From contig JAAOMT010000659.1 of assembly GCA_016748015.1 (NCBI GenBank), positions 897,166 to 961,165 on the forward strand: a stretch of DNA of 64,000 bases. Reading direction: 5' to 3'. The stretch's first letter is position 1; each line of letters opens with the position of its first letter. This document shows, one piece after another, positions 53,428 through 64,000 of this stretch. Position numbers and translations under genes: made by a program. The notes under the pieces are model-generated. The model was not told the origin of the DNA. It did not search any database and saw only the letters and a list, made by a program, of their open reading frames with translations. The DNA is from Geosiphon pyriformis uo1. Its lineage: Eukaryota > Fungi > Glomeromycota.

Positions 53428-54813
53428 ATGAATCCAGAAAACTACAACAACATTAAAAACTATTTGGAGACTTTCACCATGTCAGAAAATTGGTCTCCAA
53501 GTGAAAAACATCGATTACAACACCAATTCAAACAATATTTTATACACCACAACAAAATCTATTACAAAAATTGTAAAAACCCAAACCAATCACTCAGATT
53601 AGTACAGGAAAATGAAAATGAAACAATTCTATACAACATGCACACAGATTCTTCTTCAGCACACTTGGGAAGAGATGAAACAATTCAAAGAACTCTTGAA
53701 CATTATTTTTGGCCTCACATGTAAAAAGACATTTAATAATATATAGAATTTTGTGATAGTTGTCAAAGAAGAAAAGAAATTCACTCCACAGAACCTTTAA
53801 ATCCAATCAAAGTTGGACAACCTTTTGACAGAGTTGGAATTGATTTAGTCGGACCATTATTTATTACAATTCAAGAAAATTGCTATATTGCAGTAGCAAT
53901 AGATTATCTTACCAAATGGCCTGAAGCTAGAGCCATTCAAAGAGCAGATGCAAAATCAGTAGCAAATTTTATCTATAAAGACATTATTTGTAGACATGAA
54001 TGCCCAATTGAACTTTTATCTGATCAAGAAACACATTTTGTAAACAACTTGATACAAAAAATTTGTGAATAGTTCAATGTCAAAAGACCTTTATTATTAC
54101 CTTATCACCCTCAAACAAATGGACTTGTAGAACATTTCAACAGAACATTGTGTGAATCTTTAGCCAAAGTTTCAACAAATTTTGAGCAGGAATGGGATAT
54201 CTTTATTCTATCAGTGTTACTAGCATACAGAACACTAAAACAAGATACTATGAAACACACACTATTTAATCTTACTTATGGAAGAACAGCAACACTACCA
54301 ATTAATTTCACAGTGGAAACATACCCAATACAACCAATCAATAAAGAAAACTTTCAAGAAACACTCCAAAGAAGGGCCTACACTTTTCTTAGTACACTAG
54401 AAAGAAAAAGAAGGATAGCAGCAACTCATATTGAATATTCCCAAGCTCAACAAAAAGAAAGACATGACAACAAATTACCACCTATTACCAATGAATTTAA
54501 AGTTGGAAATAAAATTCTCTTACACAGAACTAAGGCTGAAAAACCATGGAATGGAAAATTTGAAAACAAATGGGATGGACCATTTTATATTCACGAAATT
54601 TTAGGCAATGGATCATACAAGTTAAGACTTGATGACAAAATACTAGCAAAAGTTGCACATAAAAACAGATTGAAACACTATCATTCCAAAAACAATCCTA
54701 AATCATTAATTTCACAAATTGGTATACATTCTTCTTTAATTAATTCTGAAGATATTCCCCAAAATTTAGAACCAATAATTATAATAGAACAACAACCAAA
54801 CTTGAACACTTAA
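53428..54813 (+). pseudogene. A2 integrase (HHCC, DDE, GPF motif), separate ORF
   Basis: MNPENY..., MHTD...AHLG...CDSC, VGIDLVGP, SDQ, NGLVE, WDGPFYIHEILGNGSYKL. Confidence 0.92.
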
Positions 54814-54963
54814 TTCAACATAATTTTACAATAATCTTTTAATAACACACAAAGACAAAAATAGTATATAATTACAAAAACACCCAAACCCAAAAACAAA
54901 TAAAACCCCATATCCAAAAATAATTTCTTTATTCTCCCTTTTTATTAATTAGTCAATTTTATC

Positions 54964-55669
54964 ATGATTATTCCCCAAAATATTTAACAAATATTCCAAA
55001 AATTAATGTTAGCTTTGAAAACACTTCCTGACTTGTCCATAACGATTAATGGAAGTCAAATTAAATACATTCAGAAAGAAATCACAGCCCCAATAGTAAA
55101 TAATTCTCAAAACTATCACCTTTATAGAAAAAAAACAAGAAGTCACTCTGGAAATAGATTACCAGAACTTTTGAAGCAAGCACTAAAAGAAAACTTTTTA
55201 ATTGCTCCTATTGACATTCTACCAAATATCACATTGCAACAAAAACTTTTACTATTCCTCAATGAATAGAACAATGAATATACCCCTATATATAGATATT
55301 TTCACATGGAAAAAACACTTTATAAACGAAAACTAAAACTTAAAGCAACCAACATCACTCCTGAGACTACAAAAACAAATTCACAATGAATTTAAGGCAG
55401 CAGCTGGACCAACAAATACTTGCTACAAACTTAGAGCAGCTTTTAGACTCTATAATTTGTTCAACACTTGTGAAAAGGTCCTACAAAATCCAATACTGCA
55501 ACCAATAAAAGTTCAATACATTGGCAAACTCACAGAACTGAAATTTCAACAATTTTCAGACCAAATCACTTCAATTATTCTGGACCATTATCTTGACATC
55601 ACAGATAGTGCTTGGACTTCGATGGAGCTCAGTCTTGAGGAGGAGATTATGTTACCAGTAGAATTTTAG
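54964..55669 (+). pseudogene. A2 ORF3, uncharacterised, homolog of B ORF3
   Basis: MIIPQNI*QIFQKLML... in frame with ORF 55006-55269. One frameshift at ~55372 leads into ...RAAFRLYNLFNTCEKVLQ (ORF 55457-55669). Confidence 0.75.
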
Positions 55670-56620
55670 CTATTAATTAGCACGAAATTATCTTCATAAT
55701 TCTTATTATTAATTAGCATATTATTATCATTTCGATTATTACTTATTAAATTAGCCAAATTATCAAATATCATTACTCAATCAATAATCCGATTTGTACT
55801 CTAGAAATTAAGATGATCAAATTACACAATACCCTGAACCATTTAACATAGTCAAAATTCGCCGAAATTAATGAAAATTTGCCGAAATAATCAATAGTTC
55901 AGTAAAATAACTTGTAAATTTACCGAAATGTATCTTTAGCTTACCCAAATTGTAGCAAAGAGAAAAGTGCAAGTTCAAAGACTAGTACTACAACAAGTTG
56001 TATAAAAGAAGAGCTTCTCTCTTCAAAAAAATGTATCTTTCCCATATCTTACTATAGTATCTTACTTTAGATATCTTAATTAGAACAAATCACTTTTTTT
56101 ACAAAATCAAATAAAAATTAAAATATTCAAAAACCAAATCCTTAAATTATTACACTTGAAATTCCTTCAACACAACTAACGTTTTGAAATTGATTAGCTA
56201 CCAATTTCAATAAACTGTTAGTGACTCCAGGCCTGAATAAAAAATGTTTCTCTTAACAGAATTCTATTTTTTTTACATTTCTTTTAGTTTTCTTTTATTT
56301 TCTTATTACAATCATTAGAGTAGTCTACAGACAAGATTTCTGTAGAAGAGTTGACTTTTACAGCAAAGTAACTACACATTTTAGTGAGCTTCCAAACAAG
56401 CAATTCCTGGGAAAGAGTTGACATTTACTACAACATAACTACACAAAGTAACTGGCACGGAATTGGCCATTCCACTCATAAGCCCAGCAGTTCAAATTAT
56501 AGAAGATAATTTGAAGATAAATTCAGTTACTGGAGGTCTAACTACTTCCTGAGAACATGAATTCACAGCAAATCAACATTAACAACATTCAAGAAAAGAG
56601 ACCAAAAACCTCTGGTAACA
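55650..56620 (+). repeat. A2 3' LTR
   Basis: Preceded by the PPT and followed by TSD CCAT. Confidence 0.96.
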
Positions 56621-57013
56621 CCATTAATTAAATCTCTGTCTATTATACAAAAGACTCAACCAAAACTTTCCAACTTCAAAACCTTCAAAAATTACCAATT
56701 TTTCCAGCTATTGAGCACTAAGTTATGGGCTTGTTATTTGTTTCAACATTCCAAATAATTTTTTGTAATATTTGGTGCTTCTTGTGAGATATAATTTAAC
56801 AAAGAACTAACATTAACATTAACTATCTAGAAAAGTAGCAAACCAAAAAATCATAGGAGAATATCATTTAAGATTCATGAAATTTTTATTTCAACATTAT
56901 CAAACTTATCTTAAACTAACAAGTAACTATTGGCCAGCAGAATTAACTTTCAACTTTTATGTCAACAAAAAAATTAAATACTATTTGGAAAACCAAGAAG
57001 ATTTAGAAATTGT

Positions 57014-57975
57014 TATTATCAGAGATTTTTAAGATCTCTTTTCTTTAATATTTTTAATGTTTGTATGTTGTGAATTCATATTTCCAGAAAGTAGTTAAAT
57101 CTTTGATAACTGAATTTATTTTCAAATTATCTTCTATAATTTGAATTGTTGAACTTATAAGTAAAATGGCCAATTTTGTGTTAGTTATTTTATGTAGTTA
57201 TGTTGTAATAAACATTAACTCTTTCTTAGGAATTGTTCATCTGGAAACTTACTAAAAATGTGTAGTTACTTTGTAGTAAAAGTCAACTTTTTTACAGGAA
57301 TCTCATCTGTAGGTTACTCTAATGTTTATAATAATAATAAAAAATAATAATAAAAGAAATAAAATTTCATTAAAGAAATTGTTTCTAGTTTAGGGCTAGA
57401 ATTACTAATGGTTTACTAAAATTGGTAGTTAATCAATTTCAAAACATTAGTTGGGTTTTCAGTAAATTTCAAGTATAATATTTTTAAAAAATTTATTTTT
57501 TGAAATATGCTTTTTATTTGATATAAAAGTATAGATATTATTGTATAAAAGGATAAATTTAAAATAAAATACATTTTTTTAAAGTGAGAAGCTCTTCTTT
57601 TATATAACTTGTTATAGTACTAGTTTATAAACTTGAACTTTTTTCTTTACTATAATTTTGACAAACCAAAGATACATTTCAACAAATTACAAGTTATTTT
57701 GATAAACTATTAATAATTTTGGTAAACTATTCATTATTTTGGTGAATGTTTTACAAATTTTGGCAAATTTTTGAATACTACATAATTTGAGATATTGTGT
57801 AATTTGATCATCCTAATTTCTATTGTACAAATCAAGTTATTAATTAAATAGTAATATTCAATGATTTAATAAAATAATAAGTAATAATTGAAACAATAGT
57901 AATATATGCTAATTAATAATAGAAATTATAAAGATAATTTTATGTTAATTAATAGCTAAAATTTTATTGGTAATA
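57014..57975 (-). repeat. Solo family A LTR inserted in element C gag
   Basis: Reverse-complement match to the A LTR. Flanks TTGT/CTGC (4-bp TSD with two C>T changes). C gag continues across it. Confidence 0.85.
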
Positions 57976-60900
57976 CTGCTTTTAGGAATTTTTACAATGA
58001 ACTATTACAAAACACCACACTTCTACCAAACCATCTGTTTGTATTTCTAATTACAAAAATAAACAAAAAAATTGAAAAATACACCCAATAAAATTTTTTT
58101 ATTACTTTTATAGACAAAGAAAAATTATAAACTTTAGCAAAAACATTCAAGAAAATACAACTGTCTACTTAAAAAAAACCAAGAGTTATTTTACTCATCA
58201 TATCATTATATATCAGAAAATACTATACATATATCATTAGGAATCATATTATTATCAACTACAAAAATACTATTATCTAAAGTATTATTTTAAAATAATT
58301 AAGAAAAAGCCAAATTATTAAGAACCTATAGTAATTTCTTTGAAAGATTTAAATTGTGATCAACAATACTATCAAAATTTTAATTACTGTTACTTTAACC
58401 AAATTTCGAATCTACCAGTTATTGGAAAGATATTGAATTAAAAGAAAAAAGACAACAATTAGAGAAATAATAATCAAAACCTGATTTTAAATAATTCAAA
58501 AGTACAAACTCTAATTGTTCAAACTTAATAAAACCCAAACAATCCAAATTCTACTCTTATTTTTTAGCAAAACTTACTTTTAATTATTGTGATCAATTCA
58601 TTAGTTGCACTAATTGCCACACAATAATAACAATCTTAACAACAACTGCAACAATAACAACTTGTACTAAGGGCATATATACTTATTGTCAAACTAGAAA
58701 AATTTACTGATAAAGAGAATAATACCCAAACATAATTGAATAACATAGCTAAAGCAATTACTATTAATAACTGGGATAATATTAAAGCTTTTTAAGCCAT
58801 TTTTTACTTTTTATAAAATACTGCTAACTTATGGTATTAGAGCTTAGTCAACAAACCACAAATTTTTAACATATTTAAAACTGCATTTTTACAATATTTT
58901 AGCAATCACAACAGCATTAATTGATTATTAACTAGTTTTACCACTATTAAACAAAACAATACTAAAACAGTCATCACATATTTGAAACATTTCCATTAAA
59001 ATCTGTGTTAAATTTAGGCAATTAAAGCTGACTACTTTATAGTGTCACAGATTTTAAATCAATTCATTTATAGACTATGCAACAGTTTGTTACAACAAAT
59101 ATGCCCAATGCATTTAAATACTCTCCAAAATACAGTCACATATGCCAGAAATTTTGAATCAGCCAAACTTAAAGCCAATTATGCTCAAGCCATAAATCTA
59201 GTAATAAATGAATCATCTGAATTGAATTCTAAACTGAAACAATTTAATGATTTTATTAATCAAAAAATCAAGAGATACTTAATTAACAATTAGGCAACTT
59301 AGCAATTTTTTTAATGTTGTAATAATTTAAAAAACTCCAATTACTTCCAAAATCAATTGTGTCTAATATTATTGTTATTATCAAATCAATTATAACAACA
59401 AAAAATGCATAATTGTTACTATTGTGGCAAATAAAACCATCTAAAAGCAAATTGCCATTTTAGATTTAATAACCAATAATTGGAAAATCAATATTAAAAC
59501 TCTGATTGTAGGTTTAAATCCAAAACTATATTAACAATTTATTATTAAGATTATACTTATATCAGCTTTATTATATCCCAATAATACAATAATTAATATA
59601 TTTACCTCTAGTATATTAAACTTTAAGACTAATAATATATTAGCCACAGTTCCAAATTATTTATCAATCCCAATCAATTCAAATACTGCCACAAAACTTA
59701 GTTCAAATGTCAACCAGAAACCAAAGACTAAAAATTATATATACTTAACAGAACTGGCAATTAGCAATAGTTATATACCAATTAATTCTTAGTTTTTCAA
59801 ATTAGCTATTAGGATCATGTCCAAAAAATTCAAAAAATAAGTATACTCAAAACCCAAATACCTAAAACTATTTAAGTCTCTTGGTTACTCTATAAAACAA
59901 CCTATCTAACAACCTGAAAACCAATTCAATACTCTTTACCAATAATATTCCATTAATAATAGTTACTAAAAACAAGTTACTTATAGCCATTTTTTCTTTT
60001 GAATTAGAAGAATCAGCAATAATATCTCTTTTTAATAGAACCATTTTCAATACCAAACTAATTACTGTGATGTACACAGATGTCAAAGTTGATGACTAAT
60101 CTATCAAGTTAATTCTTAATAGTGAGTTAACAAACAGTATTATTACATAATAACTCATAAACCAATTAGGTTACCAAGTTAATCAAGCTGTTAGCACTAA
60201 AATTATCACAGCCAATAAAGCAACAAAAGCTTCTATTGGCAAAATCAATAACTTCCTCTTTAAAATTAATAGTATTATTATGTCTATTAAAGTTTTAGTT
60301 ATAAAAACCACATAATATCAAGTTCTTATTGGTAATAACTGGCTGTCCAAAACTAATACTGTACTTGACTGAACTACACAAAAACTATAGCTTAGTTAAA
60401 ATAGTTAGCATACTTAAATACCAGCCATCTGTAATCACTTTAAAATAAACACTATCATCTAATTACTATTAATTAAGTTTAAAAAAGAAAAAAAAAACCT
60501 ATCAAGTTTTATGGACTGATAATGATCACAATAAGCTACTACCAATTTTATTTTAGAATAACAAAAAAAAAGAAAACAAACTACAAGTCACCACTTTCAC
60601 AAAAGAAACAAATAATGATTGGCATATTCCATACTTATTGAAACCAAGGAAAAAACTATTCTACTACCAAGATCTAGTACTCACTTAAAAAAAACAAGAG
60701 CAGCATTTAAAACAATTAAATACTAGACTCTATAAACATTGCTTAATTTTTAGTAACTTCGAATATTGTAATAATTGTGATTTTATTCACAATTTGTCAC
60801 CACACAGAATCTATTCAATTTCTAAAAAAAAACAAATTAATTAGCAAGTGCATTTCAGAATTAAAATCAAAATTCAATTATAATTCAGACTTTAATAATA

Positions 60901-61200
60901 ATAACAACAATAGTTCTAATACTGTTTACTATAACAACAATAATAATAATGATTCAAACTCTAATTACAATCCCAAACAATATATCATGCTTCCCAATTT
61001 TTCAAAAGAGCAGAAACTTAAATGATTTAGTAATAATAATAAAGGTATTATACTAAAATGTACACATAATATTAAAGCAAAATTTAATCTCAGATATTCT
61101 GAAAAAACTGTTATCAGATTGAAATCTTATTTGTATATCAGTATAGATTTAAGAGATTTAGAAGATCTTAATAGAGCTCAATATTAAAAGGAGAGAATAA

Positions 61201-62081
61201 TGTTATTTATAGAAATTAAGAATTATAATAATAGGCAAAATAGCCAAATAAAAATAAATGTAGTAAAAAAAGAAATTACAAGATTTCAGAATTCCAAAAT
61301 TGTAGGATTTTTTTCAAAAAATTACAAAATTACAAAATTACAAAATTGCAGAATTTTTTAAAAAAAATTAAAGAATTTCAAATAATTTTATATAACATAA
61401 ATTATGTATATATAGTAAAAGTATTAAAAGCAAAAAAAGTAATTTCAAAAGAATTTAATAAAATAGATAGAATTTCATTTAGTTTAGAATAACAATACTC
61501 CTTCTTTCAAAAGATAGTTTTCTATAATTTAAAATAGAATTATTTCCATATCAATAAAATTATCTATTATTATTCAATTCATGTTATTATCATTTGATTA
61601 AAAAAATATTAATCTATTCCATACTATTAACATTCTATGTTAATAAAATTTAATACTTAATTATACTAAACTAATAGCTCTTAATTATAGCTATTAACAG
61701 GATATTAATTTTTTAATTTTTTATTTTATTTTATTTTATTTTATTTTCTTTTGTTTTGTTTTTTTGTTGTTTACAAATTAATTAAAGAAATTAAATACTA
61801 AGTATTTAATATTAAAAATAGTCTGGTAAAAGACCTAGGAACAAGTGTAAAAATTTAAGAATAACTTACTAAAAAGATATGACTGTTAAAATAAACTAAC
61901 TATTATGTTAAAAAAAAATTCACAAAAAAAACCATCAATTAAATCTCTGTTCATTATACAAAGAATTCAATCAAAACCTTTAAACTTCAAAATCTTCAAA
62001 AATTATCAACTTTTTCAGTTATTGAACACCAAGTTATAAGTTAGTTATTTGTTTTAACATCCTAAATAATTATTTATAATA
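61201..62081 (+). repeat. Element C 3' LTR
   Basis: Colinear with 36014-36659 plus 56621-56770, and preceded by a PPT. Confidence 0.88.
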
Positions 62082-62527
62082 ATGTATAGTATTGCTTAGA
62101 TTAACTTAAATAGCTGGTCACATATAGTAAACACATCAATTATATTTAGTTAGAATTATTTAGTTTAATTTTGTATATTAGATAATAATTGGACTGTACT
62201 TATTTAAACAATAATAAAAATAAATAAATAGTATATTATATTGGTTTAATTAATTTAGATAATTAATTTAAATAATTGATTATATATATAAAAAATATAA
62301 ACTTTATTTATTATAAAATATTTTAGTTTTATATATATAAATAAAAATAAAATTATATTTTATAAAAACAAAAAAAAAGTTTAAATTATTATTTTAATAT
62401 TAACAATTTTAATTTATTTTTAATTAATTATTTAATATATATTCTTTATTTTAATTATTATAAAATAATAACAATTTTAAAAATTAAGCCAATATTGTAA
62501 AATTAAAACAACATTTTTTTAACAGCA

Positions 62528-62558
<31 letters not shown>

Positions 62559-62724
62559 AATTATTACTTATTATTAAAAAATTTTTAAAAAAGTGAATTT
62601 TTTAATGTTTAATGTTTGAAATTAATAAATTTGCTGTAATTACAAAATTGATTTTTTTATTTTACTTTGCCCTTCTTTTCAGTTATTTATTAATTTCTTA
62701 TAATTTATTTATTTGGGCCAATTG

Positions 62725-64000
62725 TCATTTAAGATAGTATATCTCATCCAATAAAGGCCCACAAATCTCAACTGCGGTTGATTGCAATTCATCCAAGGTG
62801 GGTTTGTTATTTTTAACCCATTGTTTCAAATCTGTAATTGTCTCTTGCGCATAGATCTCTCTAGGCGACACCTTGATCTCTGTTTCAGGATTGGTAGCAA
62901 GGAAGTGGACACCAAATTCAAATTCACATTTTCGGTATCTTAAATTCTTGAAGAAAACAATGCACATTGGCTAACCAGGATCGGGTTTATTGTATTTTTG
63001 TTAGTTCAATCCAAAAGTTTCAGAAGAGTCTTAATAACTAAATACCTTAATAAGTTCANNNNNNNNNNNNNNNNNNNNNNNNNNNNNNNNNNNNNNNNNN
63101 NNNNNNNNNNNNNNNNNNNNNNNNNNNNNNNNNNNNNNNNNNNNNNNNNNNNNNNNNNNNNNNNNNNNNNNNNNNNNNNNNNNNNNNNNNNNNNNNNNNN
63201 NNNNNNNNNNNNNNNNNNNNNNNNNNNNNNNNNNNNNNNNNNNNNNNNNNNNNNNNNNNNNNNNNNNNNNNNNNNNNNNNNNNNNNNNNNNNNNNNNNNN
63301 NNNNNNTAGAATGCCCCATCGAGTTTAAACGCATGGGAGTCCCTGGGGAAAGTGGATAAGTTTGCCAATTAGGTGTCGTAACGTTGTGAATCTAATATGT
63401 AAATTTATAGTCATTAAAATGTCAAATGTCAGAAAAATTAAGATCATTTAAATAGGATTATTTGTTTACTAGATATCGTCCACCCTCTTTGATATTACTG
63501 TAAAGATTTTCATCAGGTCTCCACATAGTCAGGGTTGCTTTACACCTATCATCCATGGATGATCCGGAATAATCACAGATACTCACTCTAAAATAAGGGA
63601 CAACTAAACGATCAATGTCCATTTTCTATGATAGTCATAATAAATTAGCCAAAGAATATCAAGTTGATAAAAGCTGGGTAAATTTCCAAAAATACCTTGA
63701 GCTCTTCAGAAATCCATTGATTCATTTCAGAAGATGCTTCTTGCTCTTTCAATATTATGTATCCCTGAAGGGCTTGAGATTGGTTTGTATTTAAAAAGCT
63801 CCATATTCTTGAAGGGTCCCAATCTTGTTGCATCAATTCATAAATCTCTGAGGTTGAAAGGTTATCTTCAATTTCTGGCCAATTTAATATTGAATAATAA
63901 ATCTCATTTAATATAATCAGTGGGTTATAGTCTATTTGATATAATAAAAAAGACCACCTTTGGAAACCTTCTCTTTCAGAAATTTATGGTTTGATTTTTT
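62725..64000 (-). CDS. BRCA2: BRCA2 (Brh2) homolog, 3' part: end of tower, OB2 and OB3; 5' end outside window; one assembly gap
   Basis: GT-AG exons >64000-63958, 63874-63696, 63625-63470, 63391-gap, gap-63046 and 62970-62725. They give ...SEIYELMQQDWDP...QSQALQGY...|KMDIDRLVVPYFRVSICDY...ATLTMWRPDENLYSNIKEGGRYL|IHN... and ELIK|PMCIVFFKNLRYR...SPREIYAQETITDLKQWVKN. These match human BRCA2 segments as I recall them: [51 protein letters not shown] and [20 protein letters not shown]. Confidence 0.85.
63059..63306. other. Assembly gap (248 N) inside the BRCA2 gene
   Basis: N run. Confidence 0.99.

Larger units (their letters stand above)
36660..56620 (+). mobile_element. Ty3/Gypsy family A, copy A2, full length (~9.9 kb after removing nested B)
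   Basis: 971-bp LTRs 36660-37630 and 55650-56620 with 9-bp terminal inverted repeats TGTTACCAG/CTGGTAACA. TSD CCAT (36656-36659, 56621-56624). The empty site is visible in the C 3' LTR at ~61931. PBS at 37633, PPT GAGGAGGAGA at ~55638. Confidence 0.96.
36014..62081 (+). mobile_element. Element C: old, internally deleted Ty3/Gypsy of the B family; host of A2 and of a solo LTR
   Basis: 5' LTR is 36014-36659 plus 56621-56770 (split by A2). PBS TGGTGCTTCTTGTGAG. Decayed gag, CCHC (59413), protease (~60110) and partial dUTPase, then PPT AAAAGGAGAGAATAA and 3' LTR 61201-62081. TSD ATAT/ATGT lies inside the last codons (H-I-D-V-stop) of a LINE ORF2 whose 3' UTR resumes at 62082-62225. Confidence 0.85.

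Noticed and set aside
54650-54813. Chromodomain at the integrase C-terminus
   Set aside because: After the GPF motif there is only a short tail (QIGI...IP.NLEPIIII) without aromatic-cage or YLVKW motifs.
62998-63368. ORFs spanning the N run
   Set aside because: Artefacts of translating through the gap. The real coding frame here is the BRCA2 exon.

Overview
Eukaryotic (fungal) genomic DNA, about 85% retrotransposon-derived. The gene and TE repertoire suggests an early-diverging fungus (Glomeromycotina, Geosiphon-like; inference from remembered peptide families, not a search). Four intron-rich host genes, mostly missed or fragmented by the ORF track, were reconstructed by hand. Three lie in a CpG-retaining island at ~17.6-24.3 kb: eIF4B (18030-20128 +), a 94-aa DUF427 protein (20564-21190 +) and an SSH4/EAR1-like SPRY membrane protein (21961-23418 -). 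The fourth is the 3' part of a BRCA2 homolog (62725-64000 -). The rest consists of RNase H-bearing LINEs (one full-length copy with a TSD, 26448-33183) and two divergent Ty3/Gypsy families (A and B). These form a four-layer nest: LINE <- element C (B family, 36014-62081) <- A2 (36660-56620) <- B (41091-51147), each Gypsy insertion with a 4-bp TSD. Two signals stand out. (1) Both Gypsy families share an unusual architecture: a GUG-started N-terminal Gag extension, one Gag-PR-Cys-rich-dUTPase-dUTPase-like-RT-RH frame, an integrase in its own ORF behind a CAA-rich spacer, and a conserved uncharacterised ~210-aa ORF3 before the 3' LTR. (2) Repeats show transition-only C>T hypermutation with TpC plus CpG preference (41 of 41 differences between the A2 LTRs), which drives old repeats to extreme AT content while sparing genes. 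This is RIP-like, but with a different target context from Neurospora RIP. All counts and alignments were done by eye.
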